From Octopus bimaculoides (lineage: Eukaryota): a stretch of 40,267 bases of DNA. The stretch spans positions 9,936,271 to 9,976,537 of the forward strand of contig NC_068991.1 in NCBI RefSeq assembly GCF_001194135.2, read 5' to 3'. Positions 1-11,788 of the stretch are shown piece by piece. Position numbers and translations under genes: made by a program. A model generated the notes under the pieces. It saw only the letters and a program-made list of their open reading frames with translations, was not told where the DNA came from and did no database searches. Positions within the stretch are counted from its first letter, which is position 1, and every line of letters starts with the position of its first letter.

Positions 1-50
<50 letters not shown>

Positions 51-54
51 CATA

Positions 55-240
55 TGTTTGTCCCCCCCAGCATCGCTTGACAACCGATGCTGGTGTGTTT
101 ACATCCCCGTAACTTAGCAGTTCAGCAAAAGAGACCGATAGAATAAGTACTAGCCTTACAAAGAATATGTCCTGGGGTCGATTTGCTCGACCAAAGGCGG
201 TGCTCCAGTATGGCCACAGTCAAATGACTAAAACAAGTTA
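55..240 (+). mobile_element. SINE 3' tail module (TGTTTGTCCCCCC...CAACCGATGCTGGTGTGTTTAC...GGTGCTCCAGYATGGCC...GAAACAAGTAAAAG)
   Basis: The same ~190 bp module recurs at 7940, 10478, 13785, 16966, 18585, 19785 and 33700, always next to a microsatellite. Confidence 0.8.
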
Positions 241-373
241 ATGTGTTTTTCCTCGCTGTTGTTCAGACTTTAAGTTAGCTTGGATCAAGCAAATCTATGA
301 TTAAAAGTGCTTCACCTATGGCTATCTTGTCAATTATTCAAATACAATACATTCAAAATTACATTATCCAAAG

Positions 374-630
374 AAGTTGTTCTCAACCATTTGTTGCCTA
401 TAGACCTCCTTTGATCCCTGTTTTACTCAGATGGACCCACCCAGCCATTCAATGTAGAAAAAATCCTATTTATATTCAAATAATGAAATATTATTAGGAA
501 TTGTATAAGACAATTGTTTAAAATATTTTGTGCCTTGTAGAAGTATAACCAGTTTATTGGACATAAATTTTAACAACAGAATCTCATGTGGACCCCCAAG
601 AATCATACAGACCCCTGTTGAGAACCACTG
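374..630. mobile_element. hAT-like MITE
   Basis: Imperfect TIRs AAGTTGTTCTCAAC (374-387) and GTTGAGAACCACTG (617-630) match the CAGTGGTTCTCAAC hAT-type terminus; the flanking 8-mers ATCCAAAG/CTATAAAG agree at only 5/8. Confidence 0.55.
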
Positions 631-925
631 CTATAAAGTGTCTTCTCTTTAATACACAGCAAGATGTAATTTGAGCGGGGTTTAACTGGTATTTCCAGTA
701 AGCCATGAGATCATACAGAGGCTGTTTTACTGTCTTCAGAAAAAAGTATTAGTTTAGTTTGAGTAGCAACGAACACCAAACATCATTGAGAAGCTGATAA
801 TCTGAGGACAATACTGAATCTAAACAATTGCTGCTAGATAAACAAAAGATGAGGCCAGTAGTTTGATTAATCTTTATCCTTAGAGTAATACCACATCTTA
901 ACAATAAATTAAAGTAATCAGTAAA

Positions 926-1035
926 TGTAGTTGGCAATGTCGAGTGGCTTGATAAAAGTTTCCATGCTGTTGTAGCTGGCAGTGTCGAGTGGCTGGATAG
1001 AAACTTCCACGGCTGTTGAAGTTGGCAATGTCAAG
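926..1035. repeat. 45/46-bp tandem repeat, ~2.4 copies
   Basis: Units TGTAGTTGGCAATGTCGAGTGGCTTGATAAAAGTTTCCATGCTGT (926-970), a 46-bp variant (971-1016) and a partial copy from 1017. Confidence 0.85.
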
Positions 1036-1384
1036 AAGTAAAACAACGAAACCTCTAAAGAAAGCAAAATATCATACAAATAATTTGAACATTTGCTTCA
1101 CTTTCACCTTTATTTGATTAGCTCACTATATATATATTTCCTTCTTAGCTTGTTTACCTAATATCTGCAATCAGTATAAAGAACAAGGGTCAGCAGAAAA
1201 GCCTTGACCAAGCTACTCATCCAGCTCAAAATAATAAAACAGTTTAATCTGCTATGAAAAACTCCAAACTGTCTTCCAAATGAAGACTGCACAAAATAGC
1301 TCAATCGGCTGAATTCCTATACGAACTACTCAAATATAATAGCGTACTCTTGGTCAGCAGATCATTTATGTTCTGGTAAAATAA

Positions 1385-1640
1385 AGGTAAAGTTACCTTT
1401 TCCAGTCATACCAACTCATAAGGGCCAGTTTTCTGGTTTCCATGGCATATAAATTCTCCACTTGGAAGGGATGCCGATCGGTCGCAGGATTACTCATTTT
1501 TGCCGGTTGAGTGGACTGCAGCAACATAAAATGAAGAATTTTGCTTGGGAACACAACACATCACCCAGTCCAAGAATTGAAACCACAATCTTACTATCAT
1601 GAGTCCAACACCCTAACCACTAAGCCACCACATACCTCCA
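1385..1640 (-). mobile_element. tRNA-derived SINE (head type C)
   Basis: Reverse strand reads GTGGCTTAGTGGTTAGGGTGTTGGACTCATGAT...GTTTCAATTCTTGG (A/B boxes); homologous to 4150, 5665, 27160, 34818 and 38500. Confidence 0.8.
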
Positions 1641-3525
1641 CAGATCTGTGTGACTAAACCCTTCAAGGTGGTGCCCCCAGAATGGTCACAGTCCAATGAT
1701 TGAAGCAAGCAAAAGACAAAAGAAAGAAAGATTACATCCAAATATGTGCAAAAGTTCAACATTGATACATGTATACACACAAACGCAAGCACGAATACTC
1801 CTCCGACACACACATCGTAACACACTGTGTCACACTGTACCACACTGAGGTGTCTGTCTACCTGAGAATTATATTACAGGTAAGAGTGTCAGAGGAATAT
1901 CTATATNNNNNNNNNNNNNNNNNNNNNNNNNNNNNNNNNNNNNNNNNNNNNNNNNNNNNNNNNNNNNNNNNNNNNNNNNNNNNNNNNNNNNNNNNNNNNN
2001 NNNNNNNNNNNNNNNNNNNNNNNNNNNNNNNNNNNNNNNNNNNNNNNNNNNNNNNNNNNNNNNNNNNNNNNNNNNNNNNNNNNNNNNNNNNNNNNNNNNN
2101 NNNNNNNNNNNNNNNNNNNNNNNNNNNNNNNNNNNNNNNNNNNNNNNNNNNNNNNNNNNNNNNNNNNNNNNNNNNNNNNNNNNNNNNNNNNNNNNNNNNN
2201 NNNNNNNNNNNNNATATATATATATATATATATATATGAATACACACACACACACACACACACATATATGAATACACACGCATATGTGTTTATACTTCTG
2301 TTTTCATATACATGCACACAAACATATATGTGTGTGTGTGTGTACATATGTATGCATATACATAGATATATGCATATATGTAAACACATAGATTCATGTA
2401 TATAAATATATGTACACATGTACACACACACACACATATATGTAGATAAATAGATAGACAGATAGATAGATTGATAAATATTACACAGCCATACAGCCTT
2501 GTCACATGCAGTGTCATGCTGATTGTGTCTCGGGGCTAAATTAAAAAGTTCATGTGTATGTGGTTTACTCAGCCACATACATCCTTGCACTATAATTACA
2601 ATGAGTAGGTAGCTGTGTTAATCAAAAAACAGGAATGCTCATTGTTGAGCGAAAGGAAGAAAGAAAGAATGAAGGAGAGAGAGAGAGAAAGAGAGAGAAG
2701 TGGAGAGATAGCAATAGAGGGAAAGAGAATAGAGAGAGATAGAGAGAGAGTGAGAGAGACAGAGAGACATGGGGGAGGAAGAAGTTGGAAAATAGGTGAA
2801 CATAGATCTAGATGCATTATACAATAGTTCCCTTACAAGGGACAAATCCCTTGTTGTCATAGTAGAAAGCTAGCAGCATTTTCATTTTAAAGATTTGTCA
2901 TTGCTTCTGTTTGCCTGCCTGCCTGCCTGTTTGCCTGTCTGTCTGTGTCTCTCTTTCTCTTTCTTTTCCGTCATCGCCAAATATGCAACCAACCGTTGCA
3001 CTTGACGTTGCAAGCAAATTACAACTGTGTCGACATAGCAAGCACTTTCAGATCAATATAAAAATCAATATGAACAAATATTATATGAAGGAACTAGTCG
3101 AATGCTCTATATTGAGTTTTTGAAAATGCCATCAAGAGATGGAGACTGGTGGTGAAGGCTAGTGGCGGTGGCGGTGGAGGCAGTAGTAGTGGTGGTGGTG
3201 GTGGTGGTATTGGTGGTACTATAGGATTTTTGTTCAACCCCAGGTCATCCTTGATCAAGCAAATGTATGATTAAAGACATCCCAGCCATGACTATCCCTA
3301 TACCATATTATCAATTGTGTCATTTCTTTTTTGAAGATTTGGATGTTGTTTCTAGCAGGTCAAGAAAACCTGCTTGTTAGTATAAAGGCTAGTGGTGGAG
3401 AGACTGGTTTTCACAAAGGCTAATGATAGCTGGTGGTGGTGGTCACAATGGTGGAGGTTACTGATGGCTAGAGGGGAAAATGTAACACTCATTTAAGATC
3501 ATTATTATTATCATTATTATCATTA

Positions 3526-3666
3526 GTGAGTTCGAATTCTGCTGAGGTCGACGTTGCCTTTCATCTTTCCAGAGTTGATTAAATAAGTACCAGTTACGCA
3601 CTGGGTCAATGTAATTGACTTATTCCCACCCCACAAATTTCAGGCCTTGTGCCTAAAATAGAAAGG

Positions 3667-3670
<4 letters not shown>
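3526..3670 (+). mobile_element. SINE type B, 3' part, with (ATT)n tail
   Basis: GAGGTCGACGTTGCCTTTCATC...AAGTACCAGTT...GGCCTTGTGCCTA core shared with 4972, 11789, 18201 and 20935. Confidence 0.75.
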
Positions 3671-3701
<31 letters not shown>

Positions 3702-3794
3702 CAATAGTATTAATATGCTGTTGTTCTTGTACGTACCTGTGGTGTGTGTCACACTTACTTCAAAGGAAGAAACGAGTGGCAAAGTGGGAGAGAT

Positions 3795-3851
<57 letters not shown>

Positions 3852-4149
3852 AAGAGAGAGCGAGGGAGACAGTGAGTGGTGACAGAGTTCGTTTTGTGTT
3901 TTTAAATGTTTATCACATTGCAAGAAAAGTAGATACATAGATTGAAAGGAAAGTTGATACATTGATACATACACATATTATTGTTAAATTAAAAGTGGGA
4001 GAGAGGAGGGACACAGAAGAAGTGAGAGAGAAAGTGGGAGAGACAGTAGATATATGGATCGAAAGAGAAGTTGATACATAGATACATAGACACATTGTTA
4101 AATAACTACAGCAAATATTGGATGTCACTTTTCATTACCACATGAGGAT

Positions 4150-4410
4150 AAAATTAACTTGCAAGTGGTTGAGTACACCACAGACATGCATACCATTAAT
4201 GTAGTTCTCAGGGAGATTCAGTCTCACACAGAATATGACAAGGCTGGCCCCTTTGAATTACGGCTACAATTCATTTTTGCCAGCTGAGTGGACTGCAGCA
4301 AGGTGAAGTAGAGTACCTTGCTCAAGAACACAGCGCGCCGCAGGGAACCGTACTCACGACTTTACGATCGTGTGCCACATACCCCTAACCACTGAGCCAC
4401 ACATCTTCAT
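4150..4410 (-). mobile_element. tRNA-derived SINE type C, long form
   Basis: Colinear with the copies at 27160-27445 and 34818-35140, including the GTAGTTCTCAGG...GACAAGGCTG segment. Confidence 0.8.
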
Positions 4411-4904
4411 TCTCTGAACCGTAGAGAAAAGGAGTGAAGCGATAGAGACAGAGAAAGGAAAGCATCAGTCATTTACAATGATAATTAGACTGAAATATGA
4501 TCGATCTTTTCTAGCTTCTTTAATTTTAACAACAAAGAAGAGGGAAAGACATTTAGTAATGAATAGAAAGAAAGTCTTTCAGGTGTTTACATTTTTATTC
4601 TGGGAGTTCTAGAATGATGAATAGTTAGCTCTCTGTTCCTTCCCCCAACCCCAGTACTTATTCACCTTCTTTCATAGTTCTTCATGTCTTTTAGATGGTG
4701 GGGAAAGACCATTCTTTTTATTCAGGCACATTTAATGTTTTCTCTATAAACTACAAACAAGCCCCCACTCCCTTNNNNNNNNNNNNNNNNNNNNNNNNNN
4801 NNNNNNNNNNNNNNNNNNNGGTAACACTCCCTACAAAATGGTTGGGGGAGAAAAGTTGCTAACAGGTGGCTACACGAAATTCCACTCTATACTTTAAAGA
4901 GTAT

Positions 4905-5178
4905 CTTCTACTATAGCTTTGGGCTGACCAAAGCCTTGTGAGTGAATTTGGTTGACAGAAACTGAAAGAAGCGGCGAGCTGGCAGAAACGTTAGCATGCT
5001 GGGCAAAATGTTTAGCGGTATTTCGTTTGTCTTTACGTTGAGTTCAAATTCCACGAAGGTTGACTTTGCCTTTCATCCTTTCGGGGTCGATAAATTAAGT
5101 ACCAGTTACGCACTGGGGTCAATGTAATTGACTTATACCCTTCCCACAATTGTTGGCCTTGTGCCAAAATTTGAAACC
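4905..5178 (+). mobile_element. SINE type A 3' fragment directly followed by a full SINE type B
   Basis: CTATAGC...GACCAAAGCCTTGTGAGTG...GAAACTGAAAGAAGC (4905-4971), then GGCGAGCTGGCAGAAACGTTAGC...GGCCTTGTGCC. Confidence 0.8.
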
Positions 5179-5179
5179 A

Positions 5180-5610
5180 TTCTTCTTCTTCTTCTCCTCC
5201 TCCTCACCAATGTAAACTTCAACTTTAATCCTTTTAACTCACAACCAGCCTTGACCTTTCACCTTTCACTGTTAACCTTTAACCTAATCTGATCTATAAC
5301 TCTAACTCAATTAAACCTGGATTTGACCATAGCCTGCCTACATATGTAATGTACACAACTCCAGACTTTTCCTCACCTACTATCCACTCTCAGCCTAACT
5401 TGACCTGATCTGACCTTTAACTAGCTCATCTAGCCATCGACCTGCTCCGACCTATTACTTATCTGTAGCTCAGTTAACTCCAACCTCCCTGATTGGCCCT
5501 GATCCAAACATTAACTGTCATCTGATATCACCTATAACTATAGCTCAGATGACCTCCTTCCCACAAACTCTGACCTGACCTGACCTGACCTGACATTAAC
5601 CAACATACCT
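5180..5610. repeat. Degenerate (TRACC)n-rich low-complexity tract
   Basis: Recurrent TAACC/TGACC words, a pure (TGACC)4 run near 5570-5592, and strong C/T strand bias. Confidence 0.6.
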
Positions 5611-5664
5611 TCCTTTTTACTCTTTAACATTTTCTAAAACTGCTTCTAAAACTGCGTCCATATT

Positions 5665-5897
5665 ACTCCGTAAGAAGCATAAGGCTGGTTTCCTAGCTTC
5701 TTTGGCATATATATATTCCTCCTGGATGGGATGCCAGTCCATTTCTGGATTAGTCACTTTTGCCAGCTGCGTGGACTGGAGCAACATGAAATGAAGTGTT
5801 TTGCTCAAGAACACAACACATCACCCAGATGAGGAATCGAAACCACAATTTTATGATCAAGAGTCCAACACCCTAACCACCAAGCCATGCACCTCCA
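5665..5897 (-). mobile_element. tRNA-derived SINE type C
   Basis: Near-colinear with 1385-1640 (CACCCTAACCAC head end; TTTTGCCAGCTG..TGGACTGGAGCAAC core). Confidence 0.8.
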
Positions 5898-5939
5898 CAA
5901 AACTGTTTTTATACTAGAATATAATGGAGGAGACATTAC

Positions 5940-5977
5940 AAGGTAGGAGGTGACATCTAGCTTAGCTGACCACCACT
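5940..5977 (-). CDS. Possible small internal exon (xWWSAKLDVTSYL)
   Basis: Strong minus-strand acceptor TTTTGTATCTCTTTCCTATGCAG|AG; only one frame is open; the donor CTT|GTAATG is weak; no homology recognised. Confidence 0.15.
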
Positions 5978-6179
5978 CTGCATAGGAAAGAGATACAAAA
6001 TTATGTAAAAATAAATAAACAAATAAATAAATGAATAAATAAGTAAAAACAGAAAAAACCTGTTGAAAATGATATCAATATATAATGAGTAGGTCAGAAA
6101 ATATAACGGTGTGAGTACATGTTGGTTTATGTGAAGGATTGTCTGTATGCAAATATGAAGTGTGCGAGGCGTGTCAATG

Positions 6180-6201
6180 CAGTGTGTGCATGGGTGTGTG
6201 T

Positions 6202-6244
<43 letters not shown>

Positions 6245-6875
6245 GTGTTTGTATAGTGTGAGTGTCATGTTTGTATGTATTTGTAGTCAATATGTTTTGC
6301 ATTTACATGGGTCTTCTGTGTGTTAGTTTAATGTGTGTGTGTGTGTGGTGAGTCTAGTATTTCTGTGTGTCGTGTGAGTGTGAATGTGTACCTTGCCTGT
6401 GACTACCAGTGTGTTCTTCCCCCACAAAAAAAAACATTACTTAATGTACACAAATACACATAAAAACATCCAGACACACACACACATATGTATGTATGTG
6501 TATATATATATGTATATATATACATAAATATATATATACACACACATACACACACATACACACACATATATATATACATATATATAGACACATATACACA
6601 CACACACATATAATTATATACATATATATATATACACACACATATACATATATATACACATATATATATACATATAATGTATGTATAAACATATATATAT
6701 ATAAACACACACACACACACACATAAAATTACATATAATTATATATAATTATGTGTGTGTGCGTGTGTATGTGTGTTCATTATATGTAATCTTGTACACT
6801 GATATACACAGAAAACATAACTACTTAACAAACACATAATATACACATAAACACACACACACACACACACACATA
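6180..6875. repeat. Compound (TG)n/(TA)n/(CA)n microsatellite block
   Basis: Visible directly; it explains the [12 protein letters not shown] pseudo-ORFs. Confidence 0.95.
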
Positions 6876-7591
6876 CTTGCATGGGGAAGATGTAAACCCC
6901 TGCCTCCCCCTCACAGCTCCAAGGAAAGATAACTCCAAATGCGGTGTGAATTAGTAATTAGTATTAATTACTACACTGTAATAGATATGTGCACTAATTG
7001 CTTCTTAGCATTTATGCTAGAATGTATTTCTGATTTTTCACTGGATGGATGCGAAGAGGTGGGAATGAAGGTGGGTGGGCAGAGTCAGACAGACAAACAT
7101 AGGGGAAAGAAATGGGGGTGGGGGTTGAGAGGAAGGGAAAAATGGATAGATATATATAGAGGGAGAGAGAGAGACAGTGAGGTGGAGGGAGTGGAAGTGG
7201 TAGGGAGGGCAGGGAGGAGAGTGGAATGGAAGTGAAACCAAAACAAGATGTAATGGAATAGATGTATAATGAATATACATAGTTCTGAGGTTAGAGAAGA
7301 TGCAAGAGATTGTGTGTGTGTGTGTGTGTGCGTGTGTGTATGGATACAGGCATGGCTGTGCCGTAAAAACAAAAGTTTACTTTTTAATTACATGGTTTCA
7401 AATTTGAGCAAATGGTGTAAATTGATGGAGAAAGCTCAAACCTAACTTAGATCAGTAATGGTTTTTTTTTTAACAGAGTGATGTAACTTTTTCAAAGTTA
7501 TCTCTAGAGATTTTCAATAGAAATTATAGTCAGCACTGAAAGTTACAGTGCTTCATATATGAATACATCTATGTAAACAATGTGAACACCA

Positions 7592-7865
7592 CCACCATCA
7601 TCATCGTTTAATGTCTGTTTTCTATGCTGGCATGGATTGGACGATTCGACTGGGGTCTGGGAAGCCAGGAGGCTGCACCAGGCTCCAATCTGATCTGGTA
7701 GTGTTTCTACAGCTGGATGCCCTTCCTAACACCAACCACTCCAAGAGTGTAGTGGGTGCATTTTACGTGCCACCGGCACAGGGGCCAGATGGGCCGTTAC
7801 CAGTACCGCCTGACTGGCCCTCGTGCCGGTGGCACGTAAAAGCACCCACTACACTCTCGGAGTGG
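7592..7865 (-). mobile_element. RTE-type LINE/SINE 3' end ((GAT)n tail) with a head-to-head inverted duplication
   Basis: Minus strand ends ...GGAAGGGCATCCAGCTGTAGAAAC...CAGACATTAAACGATGATGATGG; arms 7736-7788 and 7814-7865 are ~90% complementary. Confidence 0.7.
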
Positions 7866-7939
7866 TATATATATATATATATTTGTGTGTGTGTGTGTGT
7901 GTGTGTCCATGCATGTACATGTGTGTGTGTGTGTGTGTG

Positions 7940-8305
7940 TTAGTATTTGTCTACTCGCCATCACTTATCAACAGATGCTGGTGTGTTTATGTCACCATAA
8001 CTTAGTGGTTCAGCAAAAGTGGCCACTAGAATAAGCACTAGGCGTACAAAGAATAAGTCCGGTGGGGGGGGAGCGAATTGTTCAACTAAAACCCTTCAAG
8101 GAAATGCTCCAGCATGGCCACAATCAAATGACTGAAACAAGTAAAAGAATATACATATATACATATACAATGGGCTTCTCTCTGTTTCCATCAACCAAAT
8201 CTACTCACAAGTCTTTGGTCAGACAAAAGCTATAGTAGAAGACACTTTCCCAAGGTCATGGGACTGATCCCAAAGCCATGTGGTCAGGAAGCAAACCTCC
8301 TCAAC
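7940..8305. mobile_element. SINE tail module (+, 7940-8148) and SINE type A (-, 8165-8305)
   Basis: Homologous to the other copies in the window. Confidence 0.75.
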
Positions 8306-8329
8306 CACATAACCGTGTCAATTACTGCC

Positions 8330-8710
8330 CTTTATATAGGCTACTGAACAACTGGTAAGGTAGTCAACCTAAACCAGTTTAATTCTAATTCACATACTTC
8401 TGTCTCTGATAAGAAACCTCTAAGTATGCTGACGAGTGTGATATCATTACACACACAAAAAAAAAAAAAAAACCTTCAGACACTTAGAAATAAACTCTCA
8501 TAAGCATGTAACATGTTAGGCCTCACAATAAATCTTGATAAAACTGTTACATTTTATCAGCTGTCCTGGAAAAAGTTTCATGCGGTGTCCTAAAATAACA
8601 GGATGTAGTAAAACTCTGAAACCACCACCACCACCTTCCTTCAAATATCTTAGGGTGGCATCATTTGAAAGCTTAAACGATGCAAAGAGCATTGTGACCA
8701 GTGAGGTATA
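8330..8710 (+). pseudogene. Degraded RTE (BovB-like) reverse transcriptase fragment
   Basis: Frameshifted translation IGY*TTGKVVNL ... YADECDIITHT (8425) ... LQTLRNKLS*ACNMLGLTINLDKTVTFYQ ... FKYL follows the RTE RT motif order (DGKLFNL / LLFADD / FGLTISLKKT / FKYLGS). Confidence 0.7.
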
Positions 8711-8930
8711 ACAATATCCGATAGTCAGGTTGATCACACACATACACAGATAATATATATATATATATATATTATTATATGTATTTATTTTCTCTAAGTT
8801 AATAATTAACTCGAACAAAATAAATTGGTTAATAGATACCAGGGTAGCAAAGATCACAAAATGACTGTGGTGTAACTCCTGTTTATGAGGTAGAAACTCC
8901 TTGTTATTTTGGGTAATTGAGTAAATATAC

Positions 8931-9018
8931 GAATTTAATGAATGGAGTAAAACGCATATGTTAAATGAATTCTTTTAAATGAATTCATTTAACATATGCG
9001 TTTTACTCCATTTACTAA

Positions 9019-9022
<4 letters not shown>
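8931..9022. repeat. Perfect 32-bp inverted repeat (hairpin/cruciform) with an 8-nt loop
   Basis: 8941-8972 AATGGAGTAAAACGCATATGTTAAATGAATTC is the exact reverse complement of 8981-9012; imperfect pairing extends ~10 bp further. Confidence 0.9.
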
Positions 9023-9061
<39 letters not shown>

Positions 9062-9684
9062 AAGAAAANNNNNNNNNNNNNNNNNNNNNNNNNNNNNNNN
9101 NNNNNNNNNNNNNNNNNNNNNNNNNNNNNNNNNNNNNNNNNNNNNNNNNNNNNNNNNNNNNNNNNNNNNNNNNNNNNNNNNNNNNNNNNNNNNNNNNNNN
9201 NNNNNNNNNNNNNNNNNNNNNNNNNNNNNNNNNNNNNNNNNNNNNNNNNNNNNNNNNNNNNNNNNNNNNNNNNNNNNNNNNNNNNNNNNNNNNNNNNNNN
9301 NNNNNNNNNNNNNNNNNNNNNNNNNNGCTTTTCTTCAAATTTAATTCACCAAATCTCTTGATTTTGCTTTTGGATTTTAACCTACAAAATTCTGGTGCCA
9401 AAAACATTTTAAGTTCCACATTCAATCTTTTGATTGAATCTATCTATATATATATAAATATATATTTCTGGAGGCCTCAGAATGGGGGCAGAATCCTCTC
9501 AAAACGGTAATAGGGAGCAGCTGATAATCATAGCTCCTTTCTTAGCGCCCCGGGTCCTAGACTGATTGTACTGACTGACCCTAACACTCTCATAGGCTCT
9601 ATGTGTATGTTTGTGTGTGTGTGTATGCGTATGTATGTATGCATGTGTCAGTTTGTGTGTATTTCATCTGCGTGAGTGTGGTAG

Positions 9685-9845
9685 GCTTGCTAGAAATAGC
9701 AGTTGAATCTCTAGAAAATCAGATCCTTAAAAATAGGACACAAAGCAATGCAGCCAAGAAAAAATGGATTAGGATGGTCACAGCTAGAATATCTTTAATC
9801 GTACATCTGCTTGATTTGAGCCGACCTGGGGCTAAACAACAACAA
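9685..9845 (+). mobile_element. Retroposon 3' end with (CAA)n tail (family E)
   Basis: GCTAGAAATAGCAG...GGATGGTCACAGCTAGAAT...CCTGGGGCTAAACAACAAC; related pieces lie near 250(-), 3225(-), 12290, 26330 and 35230. Confidence 0.6.
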
Positions 9846-10018
9846 AAACAGCATCAGCACCGTATCGTATTTATTATACAAGCTGCTGGTGGTGTTTAAG
9901 CTTCAGGCAGAAATGGTATATCGTATATCGTAGTAAAAAAGCAGTCCGTATGTCTTGTCAGTGGATCCTGATTATAGACGGATATCATTGATTAGTTATG
10001 CTCAGATAGGAAAGTATA

Positions 10019-10330
10019 TATTGGGTCGTCCGGAAAGTTCGTGCAGATTTTTAAAGGAAAGAAAAAGGTCAATAAATACTTGCTATTACATTTATAATCA
10101 ACCAAATATGAACCATTTTGTTGCACAATGCGTCTCCATCTTTCCTAAAAGATGTTTTATATGACACATTCTACCAGTATCCCAAGTTTGAAAGTGTTTC
10201 GTTAAGAAAACAAGTGTTGCCCGTCAAATCAGAAAGATCCCCCTCTTCCCAGAATTGAGGTGGTTTCATGGCAAATAAGCCGAAAGGTAAGCTACTATAA
10301 ATCGGCACAAACTTTCTGGACAACCCAATA
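10019..10330 (-). mobile_element. Internally deleted mariner (Tc1/mariner) transposon
   Basis: ~32-bp TIRs TATTGGGTCGTCCGGAAAGTTCGTGCAGATTT / AAATCGGCACAAACTTTCTGGACAACCCAATA with TA flanks; the minus strand retains ERWRRIVQQNGSYLVD, like the mariner transposase C-terminus (RWxKxxxxxGxY). Confidence 0.85.
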
Positions 10331-10477
10331 ATTATATATAGCTTGCATAATTAAAAGAAAAACAAGAAAAGGAATATGAAAAGATGAGCTAAGGGAAATA
10401 ACTTAAATGTACCAATGCCAGTGAATTTGGGTAATTTAATTAAAAGCTGTATGTAAAAGATATTTTATCTTATTTTT

Positions 10478-10723
10478 TTACATGTTTTAGCCATTAGGCT
10501 GCGGCCAAGCCAGGGCACTACCTTAAGGTGTTAAGTAGAACAAATCGATGCCAGGTCTTTTTCTTAAAAACCTGAAACTTATTCTATCTTTTTCTTTTGT
10601 CGAACCGCTAAATTACGGGGTCGTAAACAAACCAACACCGACTGTCAAGCAGTGACGGGAGGACAAATGGACAGACACAAACACAAAGACACACGCAGAG
10701 ACAGACAGATAGATAGATAAATA

Positions 10724-10765
<42 letters not shown>

Positions 10766-10990
10766 CAGACAGACAGACAGATAGATAGATAGATAGCTGA
10801 TAGATAGATAGATAGACAGATAGATAGATAGATAGATAGATACACACACGACGGGCTTCTTTCAGTTTCTGGCAACCAGATCCACTCACAAAGTTTTGGT
10901 CTCTTGTAATAGACACTTGCCCAAGGTGCCACACAGTGGGATTGAACCTGGAACCATGTGGTTGGGAAGTAAACCTTCTTAACGCACAGT
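10478..10990 (-). mobile_element. Composite SINE: type A head + (GATA)n/(GATT)n + tail module
   Basis: Head 10848-10990, microsatellite 10680-10845 and tail 10478-10670 are all co-oriented. Confidence 0.8.
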
Positions 10991-11788
10991 CACATCGCTA
11001 ATTTAAATTTCTCTTTTAGTTGGAGAAATATCATCCTTAGCTTATGTAGTTGTATTGATATAATTAATAGAGTGGTTGGACAAATATACCTTGCCGGATT
11101 TAATTACAGTTCTTCGTATTGAAATTTAGCCGAGGTCAGCCTTGCATTTTAATGACTGTTATAGTCATTAAAATGAAGTACTGCTTAAATAATTGGGTTC
11201 ATTTAATTGCCTATTCCTAAAATGTGTGGCCTTGTGAGTAGATTTCGTTGACAGAAACTGAAAGAAACCTGTCGTATGTCTGTATGCATGCATGTATGTA
11301 TGTGTTTAGGTTTGTGTGTATGTATGTTTATTTATGTTTTGTGTGTGTATGTATGTTTGTGTGTATGTGCGTTTAGTTCTATGTTTTATGTGTGTGTATG
11401 TTTATTTCTATGTTTTATGGGTGTGTATGTTTATGTGTTTGTGTTGTACCCACCCCCACTTGACAGCCGATGTCAGTCAATTTACATCTCCATAATACAG
11501 CGGTTCAGCAAAAGGTAATCGACAGAATATGTGTATACGTACATACGTATGTATGGATGGCTGTACGTATGAATGTAAGTGTATACGTACATATGTATGT
11601 ATGTATGTACTGGCAGAATGGTTAAAGCTTCGAATAAAAAATGCCTTGGGGTTATTCAGTTACAGTCGTAACACTAAACTCCGTTGGCTTCAGCTGTCGG
11701 TTGATCTATTACGATAATAAAATATGGAAGCAAGAAGAAACTAACAATGATACCACTGAAAGCGTGCGTGCACACACACGTTTAATCT

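Noticed and set aside
1860-1885. Strong + donor ACAG|GTAAGA
   Set aside because: There is no convincing upstream acceptor or open exon, and it lies next to a gap.
2835-2854. 8-bp hairpin ACAAGGGA-CAAA-TCCCTTGT
   Set aside because: It is short enough to occur by chance in 40 kb.
3048-3155. Frame DQYKNQYEQILYEGTSRMLYIEFLKMPSRDGDWW* after TTTCAG
   Set aside because: It is short, has a weak acceptor, no donor and no recognisable homology.
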